From Octopus bimaculoides (Eukaryota): a stretch of DNA of 53,165 nucleotides. The notes under the pieces were generated by a model. The model saw only the letters and a list, made by a program, of their open reading frames with translations. It ran no database searches and had not been told where the DNA came from. Of the stretch, positions 37,643 through 50,439 are shown piece after piece; position 1 is the first letter of the stretch; every line of letters starts with the position of its first letter. The stretch lies in contig NC_068989.1 in the NCBI RefSeq assembly GCF_001194135.2, forward strand, positions 7,183,335 through 7,236,499. The letters are read 5' to 3'. Position numbers and translations under genes: made by a program.

Positions 37643-38497
37643 TATTAATTACAAGTTCTGAACTTGTACGATATCATGTAATTATTGTATAATAATTGAC
37701 AGTTTCAGTTGAAACTATTAGTAACTATCATATGAGATTTAGCTGTAGAAGCATTAATACATGTGAATCACAACAGTTGATTAATTCGTCTGTTGGAACC
37801 CTAGATTTACAAATGCATGCAATTAACCCTATTATTCACAAATGCATGTGATTAAAAGAACCGCCAGCTGCTTTGTGATCATCAAATATGATAGTATTAT
37901 CTCCTTTGTTATTGACGAAATTACAATTAATTTTAATCGCAATTTTCTCCATTTCTTTCAGAAATCGATTTTGCCACTACTTTTTCACAACCTTTTATTA
38001 CGATAGCATGTCTCGATATTCTATGTGAAGTATTAATCGTGGTCGTCTGCATACACATCTCGGATGCTTTATCTAGGATCTCTTTCAAACTAGTCATGCG
38101 ACAAGAAGTGTTGTCGATGAGGTCGTCTTCTTTGTTAGGCGTTGCTGCTTGTTGTTTGATCGTGTAGTTCAAGCGTTCACGTGACTAGTTATGTGGTTGA
38201 TCGTGTTGTTAAGAACTCGCTCCTTACACCAGTAATTCAAACGGGTGAGGCTGGTCTTCGTTGAAGTCGGTTAGCAAGAATTTTGGTATATATGGGACGC
38301 ACATGTATATATGCAGATGTATATATGTGTGTGCATGCATGTTTGTGTGTGCGTATGTATGTATGCGTCTGTTTGCATGCATGTATGTATGTGTGTCTGT
38401 GTGCGTATATAAGTATGTGTATATATGCAGCTATGTATGTATACACATCCACACACACACACACGCACACATTTATATATAGATAGCGGGCGGTAGC

Positions 38498-38813
38498 TTA
38501 GGCGTGGCTATGTGGTAAGAAGTTTGGTTCCCAGCCACTGGTTTCTGGTTCAGTCCCTCTGCGTGGCACCTTGCGCAAGTGCCTTCTACTATAGACTCTG
38601 ACCCGACCAAAACCTTGTATGAGAATTTGGTAGACGAAAACCGAAAGAAACCTGTCGCATATCTGTGTTTTGTGCGTGCGTGTGTGTGTTTGTGTTTGAC
38701 TCCACCACTACTTGACAACCAGTGTTGGTTTGTTTACATTCCGGTATGTATATATGTATGTGTGTGTGTGCATGTATGTGTATATCTGAGTATGAGTGTG
38801 TGCGTGTGTATGC

Positions 38814-38870
<57 letters not shown>

Positions 38871-38966
38871 NNNNNNNNNNNNNNNNNNNCATTCCGGTAT
38901 GTATATATGTATGTGTGTGTGTGCATGTATGTGTATATCTGAGTATGAGTGTGTGCGTGTGTATGC

Positions 38967-39026
<60 letters not shown>

Positions 39027-39120
39027 GCATGCGTGTATCTTTGACAACCAGTGTTGGTTTGTTTACATCCCTGTAACTTAGCAGTTTTGCAAAAGGAGAC
39101 GAAAGGAACAAGTACCAAGT
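38498..39120 (+). mobile_element. SINE family C interrupted by a microsatellite block and a gap
   Basis: Head at 38498. 28-bp direct repeat at 38712 and 39041 flanks the insert. Confidence 0.85.
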
Positions 39121-39864
39121 TAGCCACTGCAGGTTCAATAACCTCGTGCACAGACATTACTGGTATTGCTGGTATTTTGCAAGGGCAATGATTAGCGATG
39201 GTCATCTACGGTTACGAGTAGACGACCATCGTGTGTTCGCGATTTAAACGTATTTAAGTCATTTCCAGATCTGATGATGTTCTCTTCTGCAGGCAACTTA
39301 AAGAAAATAAAGTCGATTCATGACTCATGAATGAATGAAATACCTTCTAACATTCACCATGCAACTTCGTCCGTCATTTTTTATAGACTTCTTCGGATTA
39401 TTGGCTTACAGTGTAGTTTACAAAGACCTGCCAACGAAATAAATCTTTACGATAGAATTGGCTGTTTTCAATTTCCTTCTTCAGTGGTTACTTGCATTTG
39501 TCATTCTTTTACGTGGGATATTTACAAAAGAGCTTCTCATTGTGTGTATCTGTTAGTGTACAATTGCGTACATGTTCGTGTGTGTGCATGCGCATGCGTA
39601 TATGTGAGTGTGTTTGTGTAATGACTTACAAACATGCATCTACACTACACTACGTAGTAAGCAATGAAGAAACATTAAGTAATGCTGCCATTTAAAAACA
39701 GCTACATCAGTATTAACGCTTCACTAAATGATAACAGCGCCAACAACAGCAACGGTCACGGTCACGACGACGGCAACGAAATCAAGAAACCAAATTGAGA
39801 AACGTTTACGTAGTCAACCGTTTAATTTGACCTGCTAGAAATAGCGGTCGAGCTTCCCTCCCTA

Positions 39865-40252
39865 TCTTATATATTTTTACTAGTTTCAATCATTGGACTG
39901 CGATCATGCTGGAGCATCGCCTTCGAGGGTTTTAAGGGGAACAGATCAACTGCAATACTTGCTTTTAAGTCTTGTAGCCATTCTGTCGTTTTTTTTTTTT
40001 TTTGCTGAGCTGCTAAATTTTGGGATGTAAGTAAACCAACACTGGATGCCAAAGTGGTTGGGGGGGAAAATACCGAAATACACACACACATACGACAGGT
40101 TTCCACACAGTTTCCGTGTTTCAAATTCACTCACAAGTTCACTAGTCGACTTGGGACTATTATAGAAGGCACTTTCTCGAGGTATCACGAAGTGAGATAG
40201 AACTCGAGACTACGTGGTTACAAAGCGAGCATCATAACCACACAGCCACGCC
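39865..40252 (-). mobile_element. SINE family C, diverged, both halves
   Basis: gactgcgatcatgctggagcatcgcc...ttaccacacagccacgcc-like end. Confidence 0.8.
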
Positions 40253-40959
40253 AGCACTTTGTATATTTTTCGAAATAATTAATAAGGTAATCCTCAACAT
40301 GTACTGATAAAAATAGACGGGGTGGTCACGAGTCAAAGGTCATTGATTGTAAGTTGGTTTAATAATGTCTGAGCTGGGAGTACTCAATAACGGCAGCAGC
40401 AAGTCATTGTCGGAGACTCCATGTTGTTGCTCACCTCGGTCTGCTAAAAGTAACAGCCAAATCTCTCTCATAATACACCCTGCCATCTTAGAAAAGAAGA
40501 AACACATTGAGTGATGTGAAGCAGGCATAGCTGTCTAGTTAAAAGGTTTACTACTAAATGGGATGAGATGAGATTTCACAGGTTGGCCCCTCGTGCGAGA
40601 AGGGTTTTCTGCCATTACTTCGAATTGTCCACAGCCTTGTGAGGGAAAGTTGGTTGTCTGTAGTTTTATGGAAGTTCGTCAGAGCAATCGATGCTGAATT
40701 AATTCATCAACTGGTTTAACACCACCATTCGGTTCCTAGCTGCTATTAGTAAACCCCACTGTTGCAAGCATTTAAGCCAGGGCTCAGTACCGTAGCTAGA
40801 GTATGTGCCGCCTTGGGTAGCCATTGAGTTTACCACACACTCCCACCACCGGGTCCCTTAACCAATACAGACTTACATAGCAGACCCCAAAATACGGACC
40901 CTACAAAAACGTTGCTCAGGGAGGGCTGGTCCCTTCACTACTAACTATATTTATATACA

Positions 40960-41092
40960 CATATGTGTGTATCAGCGTATGCATGTGTTCATTATTGTGT
41001 GTGTGTGTTTCTGCGTGTAACTTAGCGTGTGCCCGTGTATGTGTGCGTGTGTGGTATGTATTCTTGTTTGCATTTTTACGTGTATCTATGAA

Positions 41093-41129
<37 letters not shown>

Positions 41130-41219
41130 GGTATGTGTATGTATTTATGCATACATGTGCATGTATGTGTGTGTCTGTGTATGTGTGTCTATGTATGCAT
41201 ATGTGCGTGTATGCATGTA

Positions 41220-41254
<35 letters not shown>

Positions 41255-41780
41255 ATTATGTACGTATGTGTGTGTGTGTGTATGAGAGCATGTGTATGTT
41301 TGTATACTGTGCGTCCGAGCGCGTTTTGATACGTCTGTATGCATACTTACGTGTATGTATGTGTATATGTCTACATGTATGTAAGTATGTATGTATTTTA
41401 TACATGAGCATGTGTGAATAAGTGCCCGACTATCTGTATGTGTGTATGTTCGCGTGTGTGTGTGTGTGTGGTGGTGGAGTGGGCATATTTGTGGTGCTGA
41501 GTGGTGCTTGTACATTGTGCGTGTGTGAGTGCATTCTTGTACGTTTGAATGTGTTTGCTGTAGTACGAGCTTGTGTGTGTGTTTATGGTTTGTGCTTGTA
41601 TACATACACGAATGTATATCCGCAATGCACGTACATTTGTGATATTCGAAGCTTACACACGCGTGTGTTTGGACGCACACGAACCAAGTAAATCTCTGTG
41701 CGCATGCGTGCGTAAATGCGTGTTTGTATGTGTATATTTCTGCATATGTATATGTTTGTGTGTGCGTGTGTGGGCATGAG
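40960..41780. repeat. (TG)/(TATG) low-complexity block
   Basis: Direct inspection. Confidence 0.9.
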
Positions 41781-42550
41781 TCAAAAGTGTATTTTGGGAA
41801 GGCTCTGATCGATTACGCTGGTTGGTTGAGATGAAATCCCTCAGCTAACGGTGAATTATCATCTGACATCGCATTTATTGACAACTTGATCTATTGAAGT
41901 AGATGTCCCAAGATGGTTTAAAGTCTCTATTCGATGAGGTGACTGGCAACATGAGGTAAAGGGAAGGCAAGGGAGGATCGAAGTTGATCTGAAATGTAAG
42001 ATATATCTTTTTAAATAAACATACAACTTAGCCTCGCCGTGAAAATTAAACGCATGAGTTATTATACCACGGGTTTATTTCCCTGTGAGCAGTCAAAGGA
42101 ATCATTCTGATTAAACTTTCTTGTCTTAAAACTTTAATGTTTTAGGTTTATTAAGATACAACTTGCACATCGTATTATCATAGAAACGTTGTGTAGTGCA
42201 CAACTAAATAATTTATTAATTCAAACTCATACACACAGATACACACGCACATCGTATCGAAACTATAATGATTTCCGATCGAGAAGCTGACGATTGTTTG
42301 TCTGTTTGTTTAGATGATTTTTGTTGTTGTTGTCATGTCAATGTAACTGTTTTTACGCTCCTCTGTTGTTAACAGTTCGTCAAATCTTTATAACGTATAG
42401 GATTAATTGGGCTATGTGTTATGCTACTAATTACATAGTTATGAATTAGTGACATACGTACGCAGGAAGAACTGTGTAACCGTTAATCTAGACAGGTTCT
42501 TTTTTTTTCTATTTCCGTTTTTGTTTTCCTCTCTTCATTCCTTTCTGTAG

Positions 42551-42590
42551 CAGAGCATACTGTCGAAGAGTCAGACTTCTTCCACTTCCC
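42551..42590 (+). CDS. Candidate 40-nt internal exon, gene unknown
   Basis: Long polypyrimidine tract ending tttctgtag (NAGNAG) and donor ccc|gtgagc. Open as AEHTVEESDFFHF(P) or RAYCRRVRLLPLP. No homology recognised. Confidence 0.3.
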
Positions 42591-42661
42591 GTGAGCGTGA
42601 AACTAATACACCTTGCGTGTTGTTCCCTCACCTGTCTCTCATATTTTTGAATAATTTTGAA

Positions 42662-42767
<106 letters not shown>

Positions 42768-43099
42768 TCGTTCGTTCGTCCGTTCGTTCGTTCGTGTGTG
42801 TATACAACCAAAATAATAACAATAGCAATGAGAATAACAATTTACATTTATGAAGGAATCGTCAGCAATAGTCTTGTAAGAGACACTGTTGCTCCATCTC
42901 CCATACTCATTAAGTAAAGAAAAACAACATACATTTATACATATATAAATACATAAAAGTAAACGTAGAGATAAGCAAGTTAGACATATCGATATATAAA
43001 GCGTATTGAATACATGAAATACAAAACAATATATGTATACACATGAAAAGGTCTGACTTACACAGAATACAAATGATATCAAGAATTAAAGGGGCTGAA

Positions 43100-43435
43100 C
43101 AAAAGTATTATAAACCCAACAGCTGTTTCTAGAGGCTCGGTAGTCCATAATAATAATACAGTTTTATATTTAAGAGATGAGGAATTATGTACATTATTTA
43201 CAATTGACGGATATTTGTCCCCATCTTTTTTGTTGTTAACGCAACGTTTCAGCTGATATACCTTCCAGCCTTCTTCAGGTGCCTTAGGGAAATTTCGAAC
43301 CTGGGTTCTCATTCCTAAGGTATTTTTCGATGTTATAATTATTATTATTCAGGTCACTGCTTGGGTTCGAACTCGGAATCTTGGGGTTAGTAGCCCGCGT
43401 TCTTAACCACTACGCCATATAGTCGTGGTTAAGAG
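43100..43435 (-). mobile_element. tRNA-headed non-autonomous element containing a hammerhead ribozyme
   Basis: A-box TGGCGTAGTGG (43417-43407), B-box GAGTTCGAACC (43374-43364), (AAT)n linker, then the hammerhead motif. Confidence 0.75.
43238..43283 (-). ncRNA. Minimal type-I hammerhead ribozyme motif (PLE-type, no helix III)
   Basis: GGCAC-CUGAAGA-A-GGCUG-(10-nt loop)-CAGCU-GAAAC-GUU-GCGUU. Full CUGANGA/GAAA core, stem II, palindromic AACGUU, stem I with one mismatch. Confidence 0.7.
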
Positions 43436-43955
43436 GGAATACTACTACTACTACTATCACTACAGCCAACGATTCAAGTCAACGCACGAGACAGCCATTA
43501 TGTCCCCACACAAAAAACGCTCCCACGTGGATTATGTTGACACCAGTAAGAAACAATTATGAACTTTTCTTTTAATTACATTTAAAAAAAAAAATATGTA
43601 ATTTTGATAAGGTTCGTTTTTTCAAGAACCGAAACATGTAAAATATCTCTGAGAAAATTATAAATTAAAATTTATTTTATATAGTGGCGCTTTCAAACTT
43701 CTTTTATATATATATATATATATATAGTTCAAAAACACAATAACAAAAAACAAAAAAACAACAAAGTGAGGACGTGATATGGATAGTATTATTGGACGCT
43801 CAGGAAAGGAAAGAGAGATAGCAGATAAACAATGCTGCCAGTTTTCATGCGAAAAAAATCGCAACTTTCATGCATTCGACTTTAAAATGTTGGATATATA
43901 TGTGGGCAGAGGGGATAGATATGTGTGTATACATAGATATATGCATTTGTGTGTG

Positions 43956-44036
<81 letters not shown>

Positions 44037-44252
44037 GTGTGTGTGTGTGTGTGTATACCTACTTACCCACATACAAATCAGTAGATTTCCCCTTTTTGAA
44101 GTCTCAAATTGAAACAGACTTTTTTCGATAATATAGAAAATGTATGTAAATAAGCAATAATGAATAGAAAGACAGCGCCATGTTATGTGGGGTGGGAATT
44201 TACCGAGAAAGAAAGACATGGAGAACAAGAGTCATATGAACATAGATATAGA

Positions 44253-44290
<38 letters not shown>

Positions 44291-44838
44291 GGCTGGGAAG
44301 AAAAAGGTGAATTTAGATGCAAATTTATAGAAAAATGGAGGGGGATAGATAGATAGATAGATAGATAGATATGGAAACGATAAGCATAAGAAGGATAAAC
44401 TATAACGAAAGATTTTAAGTGCCGTCAAAATACGTTTACACAATTATTATTCGTCAAAATCCATAGTATTAAAAATGAGATGTATGGAAACCGATATACG
44501 ATACAAATAGCGGTAGAAGGATATTATGTCAATGTAAAAGTGAAAAGTAAAATAAATGAATAGATATATAAATAAATAAATAAATAAATAAATACTGATC
44601 TGCGATGGTGAATAAAAATAAAGCGGTGAAATATAAGAATATTCTCTGAAGAATATTTATGTATTTATTTAAAAATCACCTGATATTCTGTGAATATATA
44701 CACAAAGTTTGGGGGAATAAAGTCTAATACCAGTAAATATTGAGTGTGAAATATAAGTTAGCTAAGTTCTAAGAAGTAAAAAAAAAGAAGAAAAAAAAAA
44801 GAAAAAAAAAAAGAAAATCATTCATGAATACAAACACA

Positions 44839-44910
<72 letters not shown>

Positions 44911-44927
44911 CACGCGTACGTACATTC

Positions 44928-44959
<32 letters not shown>

Positions 44960-45299
44960 TACATACACACATATCTATATGTATGTTATATAAATGTATG
45001 TGTGTACATATATAAATAGTGATATGCATGTATGTAAGTGTATATATATATATATATATATATATGATGATAAAGATATTCGATTTGGTTGTCACAGTGT
45101 AACGATTTGGTTGAGTTGAAAGATGGCTGAACAAGATGTCTGTGTGAAGTTTCTCATACAAAATATTTATTTATCGTTAAAAAAAAATAATAATAAAAAC
45201 ATGTGAACTAATTCAGTTTGTGTGAGATGTGAGAGTCAGTTATGACAGTTGACTGTAGTGGTTGGTCATCGCTGTTGTGTTATGTAGATTTTTTTACAG

Positions 45300-45362
45300 C
45301 TACTGGCTTGAAATCTGTCGCCACTACTGTCAGTTATCAAGGAAACAGTTCTATATATGTAG
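45300..45362 (+). CDS. Candidate 63-nt symmetric exon; one frame resembles the Wnt N-terminal Cys motif
   Basis: Acceptor gatttttttacag, donor tag|gtaatg, length 63. Frames: (x)YWLEICRHYCQLSRKQFYIC(R) or (A)TGLKSVATTVSYQGNSSIYV(G). Identity unverified. Confidence 0.4.
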
Positions 45363-45840
45363 GTAATGGTCTGTCACAGAAAAAGGGCGCCAAAAAACAA
45401 AATGTCAATGGCATCCAACTTCTACCAGGTCTTTGCTGATATCAATAATTTGCCGCTTCACTTTCGTATTACTTAATTGTCTTTGCGTTTCGATACAATG
45501 ATGTTTATCAGAGATTTGATTGGTCAGTTGTTTGCTTACGTTCGAACACAGTGATTTGGTTTCCTTTCGTAGGCAGCGAGTTGACGTTTTGGACTCTGCC
45601 AGTATTCCTGCTCCATATGTATCGTTTCTTTGTTAATGTGTAAATATCGGGTTTAAACAAAATGTTAGATGGAAAAGTCGCAGGCTGCTTGTGAGACTCA
45701 AACCCACGTCTTCTGTAAATGTGACAGACGTTCTACCATTGCACCAAAGAAATTCACTGACTTTCTCCTTCCATTTTAGAAATTTCATTCTTGCTAGCGA
45801 GAATTGCATATTGTTTAACCTATTAGAATTTAGAAACAAA

Positions 45841-46052
45841 GGCGGTGGGCTGGCAGAAACCTTAGCACGCCGGGCGAAATGCTTATAGGTATTTCGTCTG
45901 CCATTACGTTCTGAGTCGAATTTGCCTTTCATCCTTTCGATGTCGATAAATTAAGTACCAGTTACGCACTGGGGTTGATGTAATTGACTTAATCCCTTTG
46001 TCCTTCTTTGTCCCCTCTATGTTTAGCCCCTTGTGGGCAATAAAGAAATAAG
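45841..46052 (+). mobile_element. SINE family B with tail type 1
   Basis: ggcggtgggctggcagaaaccttagcacgccggg...ccccttgtgggcaataaagaaataag. Confidence 0.92.
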
Positions 46053-46465
46053 AATTTAGAAACTTTGAGAGATACAAAATAAGCTCTTGATTTTCTAACG
46101 GTAGAACGCGAAACAGAGGAAACTTTATAAATTCTCGTTGGTAAAAACAAAGCTTCTAAATGAGTGGAGAAATTGTGCAACTATATTATGCCTCAGGGGT
46201 AGGTAGTACCTCGCAGACATTTTTAGCAACCGCTGAAACAGACGTACCTCGGAAGATGTTGTTGTTCTCACTTTTGAGTATGCATGTAATGTACTTATTT
46301 AATTCTTTACTGTTCAGCAGGTGTTGTCTGACTGATACAATGCGACATTCATAGGCTGCTTGTACTGATCTTATGCCTCTGTCGCCATCTTTTCGTCTCA
46401 CATTGATTCTGTCGGTAAACGTATAAGCATACTCACATATCTATACAGATACATTAGCACTCAAG

Positions 46466-46498
<33 letters not shown>

Positions 46499-46828
46499 CC
46501 AAGCACACACGCAGACGTACTCAAACATAAACAAACAAACATTTTAAGTTTACTCGTTAAGCAATGTAAACGAAACGTGACTTAGGCGAAAAAGCAAAGG
46601 TAGAAGTAACAGACGAGACCAAAACGCGTGAGAGCAACTTAGAAAGGTAGACAACTATGAAACTAGTAGCATAGTCAGAATACATATCCAAGTAATTATT
46701 TACCCACACACATCGTTTACTAATGTTATACTATATTCCTAAACTTCGTGCATATATTTACTTACAGAAATATCAGGTAATTTTCAAATAAATATGTGGC
46801 TTTTATCTTTAGGGAGACATATATATAC

Positions 46829-46897
<69 letters not shown>

Positions 46898-47186
46898 CGC
46901 TATAGTTTTATTCAGCTTCACAGAATCGGGCGTATTTTTAGTTTTTACTCTTTTACATTTAGACATCATATTCTGCCATTATTATTCTTTTTTTTTTACA
47001 TATCGATGTACGTACATCTCACTTTTAATACTTTCCCTACATTTTCTCATATAATAATTGTGTAAGAGTATTTTCTAACGGCACTTAAAATTTTCCGATA
47101 TAGTTTATCATCACTCTTCACAAGTTTATCGCTTTACTTACCTTCACACAATTGCTTCTCTCTCTCTCCCTCTATCTATCTATCAA

Positions 47187-47248
<62 letters not shown>

Positions 47249-47571
47249 CCTGTCTCTGTGTTCTATCGCTTTCCATAAATTTACACTTACCCCTCTGTCT
47301 CATTCTACTCCTCATTATAGGCGTGCAGATACGTATATTTTTCTCATTGCCCAATTTTCTCAATAAATGCCCCCCCCCCCTCTTCTATCACATCACGTTC
47401 TCTTCCTTTCTTTCCCTCTTTTTTTTTCTATTTATAAGCATATTTACACTTTCAGATAAATCCACTTTAATTCAAAAACTAAAAATTGCTCTATTTTCTC
47501 TTGATGCTTCTCAAACAAAATAAACAAGGTTCGATTGCCGAATGACCTCGTTGTCTCATATAATTTTAACC

Positions 47572-47910
47572 AGCACGCAGACACGGCTGCGTGGTTAAGT
47601 TCGCTTCGGAACCTCCTGCTTTCGGGTTCGGTTCCATTGCACAGCACCTCGGGTAAATTTCTACTTATAGCTCCGGACCGAGCAATGTTTTGTGTGTAAA
47701 TTTGTGTGTCTGTGTGTCTTTGTATTTGTCGCACACCACTTTATGACAGTGTTGACTTATGTTCTTGCAACTTAGCAGTTCGGCAAAATATTCCGATAAA
47801 ATAAGTACCAGATTTAAAATATGTACTGGAGTCGACTCCTTCGGCCAAATCCTTGAAGGCGATGCCCTAACATGGCTCCAGTCGAGCGACTGAAACTATT
47901 AAAAGGTAAC
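47572..47910 (+). mobile_element. SINE family C, diverged, both halves
   Basis: gcagacacggctgcgtggttaag...gcacctcgggtaaa...gataaaataagtaccag...catggctccagtc. Confidence 0.8.
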
Positions 47911-49290
47911 CGATTTGAACTATGGGAGTAAGATCAAGAAAGGCTCAGATGACCTCGCGATTGCTAGTTCGTGGGTTCGATTTCCGTATATATATGTATG
48001 TGTGTGTATACTATGTATGTATGTATGTATGTATGTATGTATGTATGAGCGTATATATACACACACATAGATAATAGACGGACAGACAGACGACAATCAT
48101 AGATAGTGAGAATTGGAAAGATGAATATAAGTAACAACGTCGTTAACGAAGACAGAGAAGAGAATGGTAGCAAGATAGGGGGGGGGAAGATGGAGTGTAA
48201 AGAAGAAAAGTGAGAGGTATGGTTTAGGAGGGAAAGTAAGAGATATGCTGAATAAGGATTAGAAGTGGAAGGCAGAGAAGGATTGAGAAGCTGTGTAGCT
48301 GTGAGAGAAGGAGAGAGGCTGAGAGAGAGACAGACTGTTGGATGTTCAAAATTATCATCTCAGTTGATCTCAAGGGACTCTTTTGGAAGCTCAGATGAGA
48401 AGATATGGAGATAGCGACACGCGAAAAGATTTTAGAGGTAACTGTTAATGAAGAACCAGGGAGAATTAAAATATAGGCAAGAGACAGATGAGCGAGTAGC
48501 GTGTAGAATGAAAGAAAAGAAGAATGGAAGAAACGAAGCAAAGCGTGGCAATAAAAGTTTCTAATGAGTTTGGAGCAAAAGAAATCCGAGAACTGAGGAT
48601 GTGTGACAGAGCTACGAGAATATTACTCAAATGAAAGTGAAGAACGAAGAGAAGAAAGAAATGTGACGTAATACAAAGAAATGCGGCGGCCATGTTAAAG
48701 GATGAAACTCGAGGACAAAGAGATGAATTGTGAGCAAAGGAAGGAATAAATGCGGCTGAGAGAATATTAAATGAAACAGGCGATAGAAGTATAGAGGGAT
48801 ATCGTAATGTAGTGAACGTGAAGTAAGCATAAAACGATAGGATGCAGCGGAAATAATTTAACACTTCCTCCAAACAAGTACAGCGTGTCGCTCCTAGCGA
48901 TAATTTAATGTAATACGTCATTTTTGCGGAGTGAAGTACTTTCTTGCTTGAGAGTCCCAGAGATAGCTTATTCAAATAAATGCTGTCATAAAAGTAAAGT
49001 TCAGATCTTTTGACGGTGACTTTTCCCGGGATACTTAAAAAGATATTGTGAGCCAACTAGATCATCTTCATTATTCCGATTTTCAGAACAACGTTGGATC
49101 TTTTCGTTTGCTTCACTGAGAGTTCAGATAACTGAAGGTCATGGTTTTTCCTTTCTAAGTGCGAGAGCAAATTTATCATCGCACTTTTGATATCTACTCA
49201 CCGGGGGATTTAAAACAGTTTATTCGACTGTATGTTGCTGATTCAACGATAACGAACGAGACTATATGTATTCTCTAAGTTAATGTATGT

Positions 49291-49490
49291 GGAGGCGGAA
49301 TGGCCCAGTGGTTAGGGCAGCAGACTCGCGGTCATAGGATCGCGGTTTCGATTCCCAGACCGGGCGTTGTGAGTGTTTATTGAGCGAAAACATCTAAAGC
49401 TTCACGAGGCTCCGGCAGGGGATGGTGGCGAACCCTGCTGTACTCTTTCGCCACAACTTTCTCTCACTCTTTGTTTCTGTTGTGCCTGCT
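49291..49490 (+). mobile_element. SINE family A, 3'-truncated
   Basis: Head and body as at 18165. Abuts an inverted family C head. Confidence 0.92.
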
Positions 49491-49494
49491 GCGT

Positions 49495-49562
49495 TATGAG
49501 ACTGAACCCGAAACCACTTGGTTGCAAAGCCAGCTTCCTAACCACACAGCCATGTCTGCGCT
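49495..49562 (-). mobile_element. SINE family C head
   Basis: gactgaacccgaaaccacttggttgcaaagccagcttcctaaccacacagccatgtctgcgc. Confidence 0.8.
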
Positions 49563-49596
49563 TATATACAAGAAAATAGATGATTATTCACTAGAT

Positions 49597-49642
<46 letters not shown>

Positions 49643-50269
49643 CATATATACACTTAAACAGACTTACAGAGACACAAAGAAAAAGGAAAGAAAATAATAA
49701 TAATAAAGGAAATTTTTTAAAGAAATTAAACGTGGCAAGATGCTATAAATTCCATCAATACCTTGACACTTTACTTATGGCCACAATTATTCCTAATCCA
49801 TCTCTAACTTCCTCTTGCCACCTCTCTCAATATCTCGCCATCAAATGTATTATTGGATTTTGGCAATCTACCGTCTTATTATTGGATTTCTCAGGAACAG
49901 TCTTTACGGCTGTTAAGACCTCTACAAGACATGCCGCTTTGATTGGTTGACCTCTTCTCTGCCATGTTTAATAAGATTTACGAAGTATTAGTAAATTTTT
50001 CGCCGAAGTAATACCAAAAAAATTCCCTTTGTGATTTACCGAATCTTCCGCGCTGTAGACACATATATTACTATAGAAGCGAGCAGCTATGACTAATAAG
50101 AAAAAAGATAATATATGAATAAAGAATCTAAGAACTATAGAATATTTTTTGACCAATAGAAAATTCTTCTAAGCTTCGAGTTTAGATACTTTTTTTATGT
50201 CATTTTATAATTATTTGTTTCTTTTTATTGCTATGTACAATACACACTAAAGCACATATACACAAACAT

Positions 50270-50408
50270 TGGTGGCAAGATGGTAAAAAGTGGTAGTATA
50301 CCGGACAAAATGCTTAGTGGCATTTCTTCCGGGTTTACGATCTGATTTCAAAATCCGCCAAGGTCAACTTTGGTGCTTTTGGTGCCCCCAAAGGATGAAA
50401 GGCAAAGC
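50270..50408 (+). mobile_element. SINE family B with inverted distal segment
   Basis: ...aaatccgccaaggtcaactttg, then cccccaaaggatgaaaggcaaag in inverted orientation. Confidence 0.8.
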
Positions 50409-50439
50409 TTTGTGAAATGAGATTAAAATTTCTGGTTAT

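Noticed and set aside
37933-38172. 79-aa protein-like minus-strand ORF
   Set aside because: No recognisable motif, weak acceptor, non-ATG start.
41903-41955. ATG-initiated MSQDGLKSLFDEVTGNM ending at ag|gtaaag
   Set aside because: No homology recognised and no promoter evidence. Too short to distinguish from chance.
42850-42915. NEYGRWSNSVSYKT, FN3-like ending
   Set aside because: Spacing does not fit FN3 strands F-G and the splice signals are weak.
46321-46414. Strong acceptor and donor pair
   Set aside because: Stops in all three frames. It could only be non-coding, and there is no evidence for that.
49830-49950. LAIKCIIGFWQST...VFTAVKTSTRHAAL, loosely like Wnt4 LAIEEC...TREAAF
   Set aside because: Needs several gaps, lacks the invariant Cys and Glu, ends in a stop, and contains a local tattattggattt duplication. 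Probably pareidolia.
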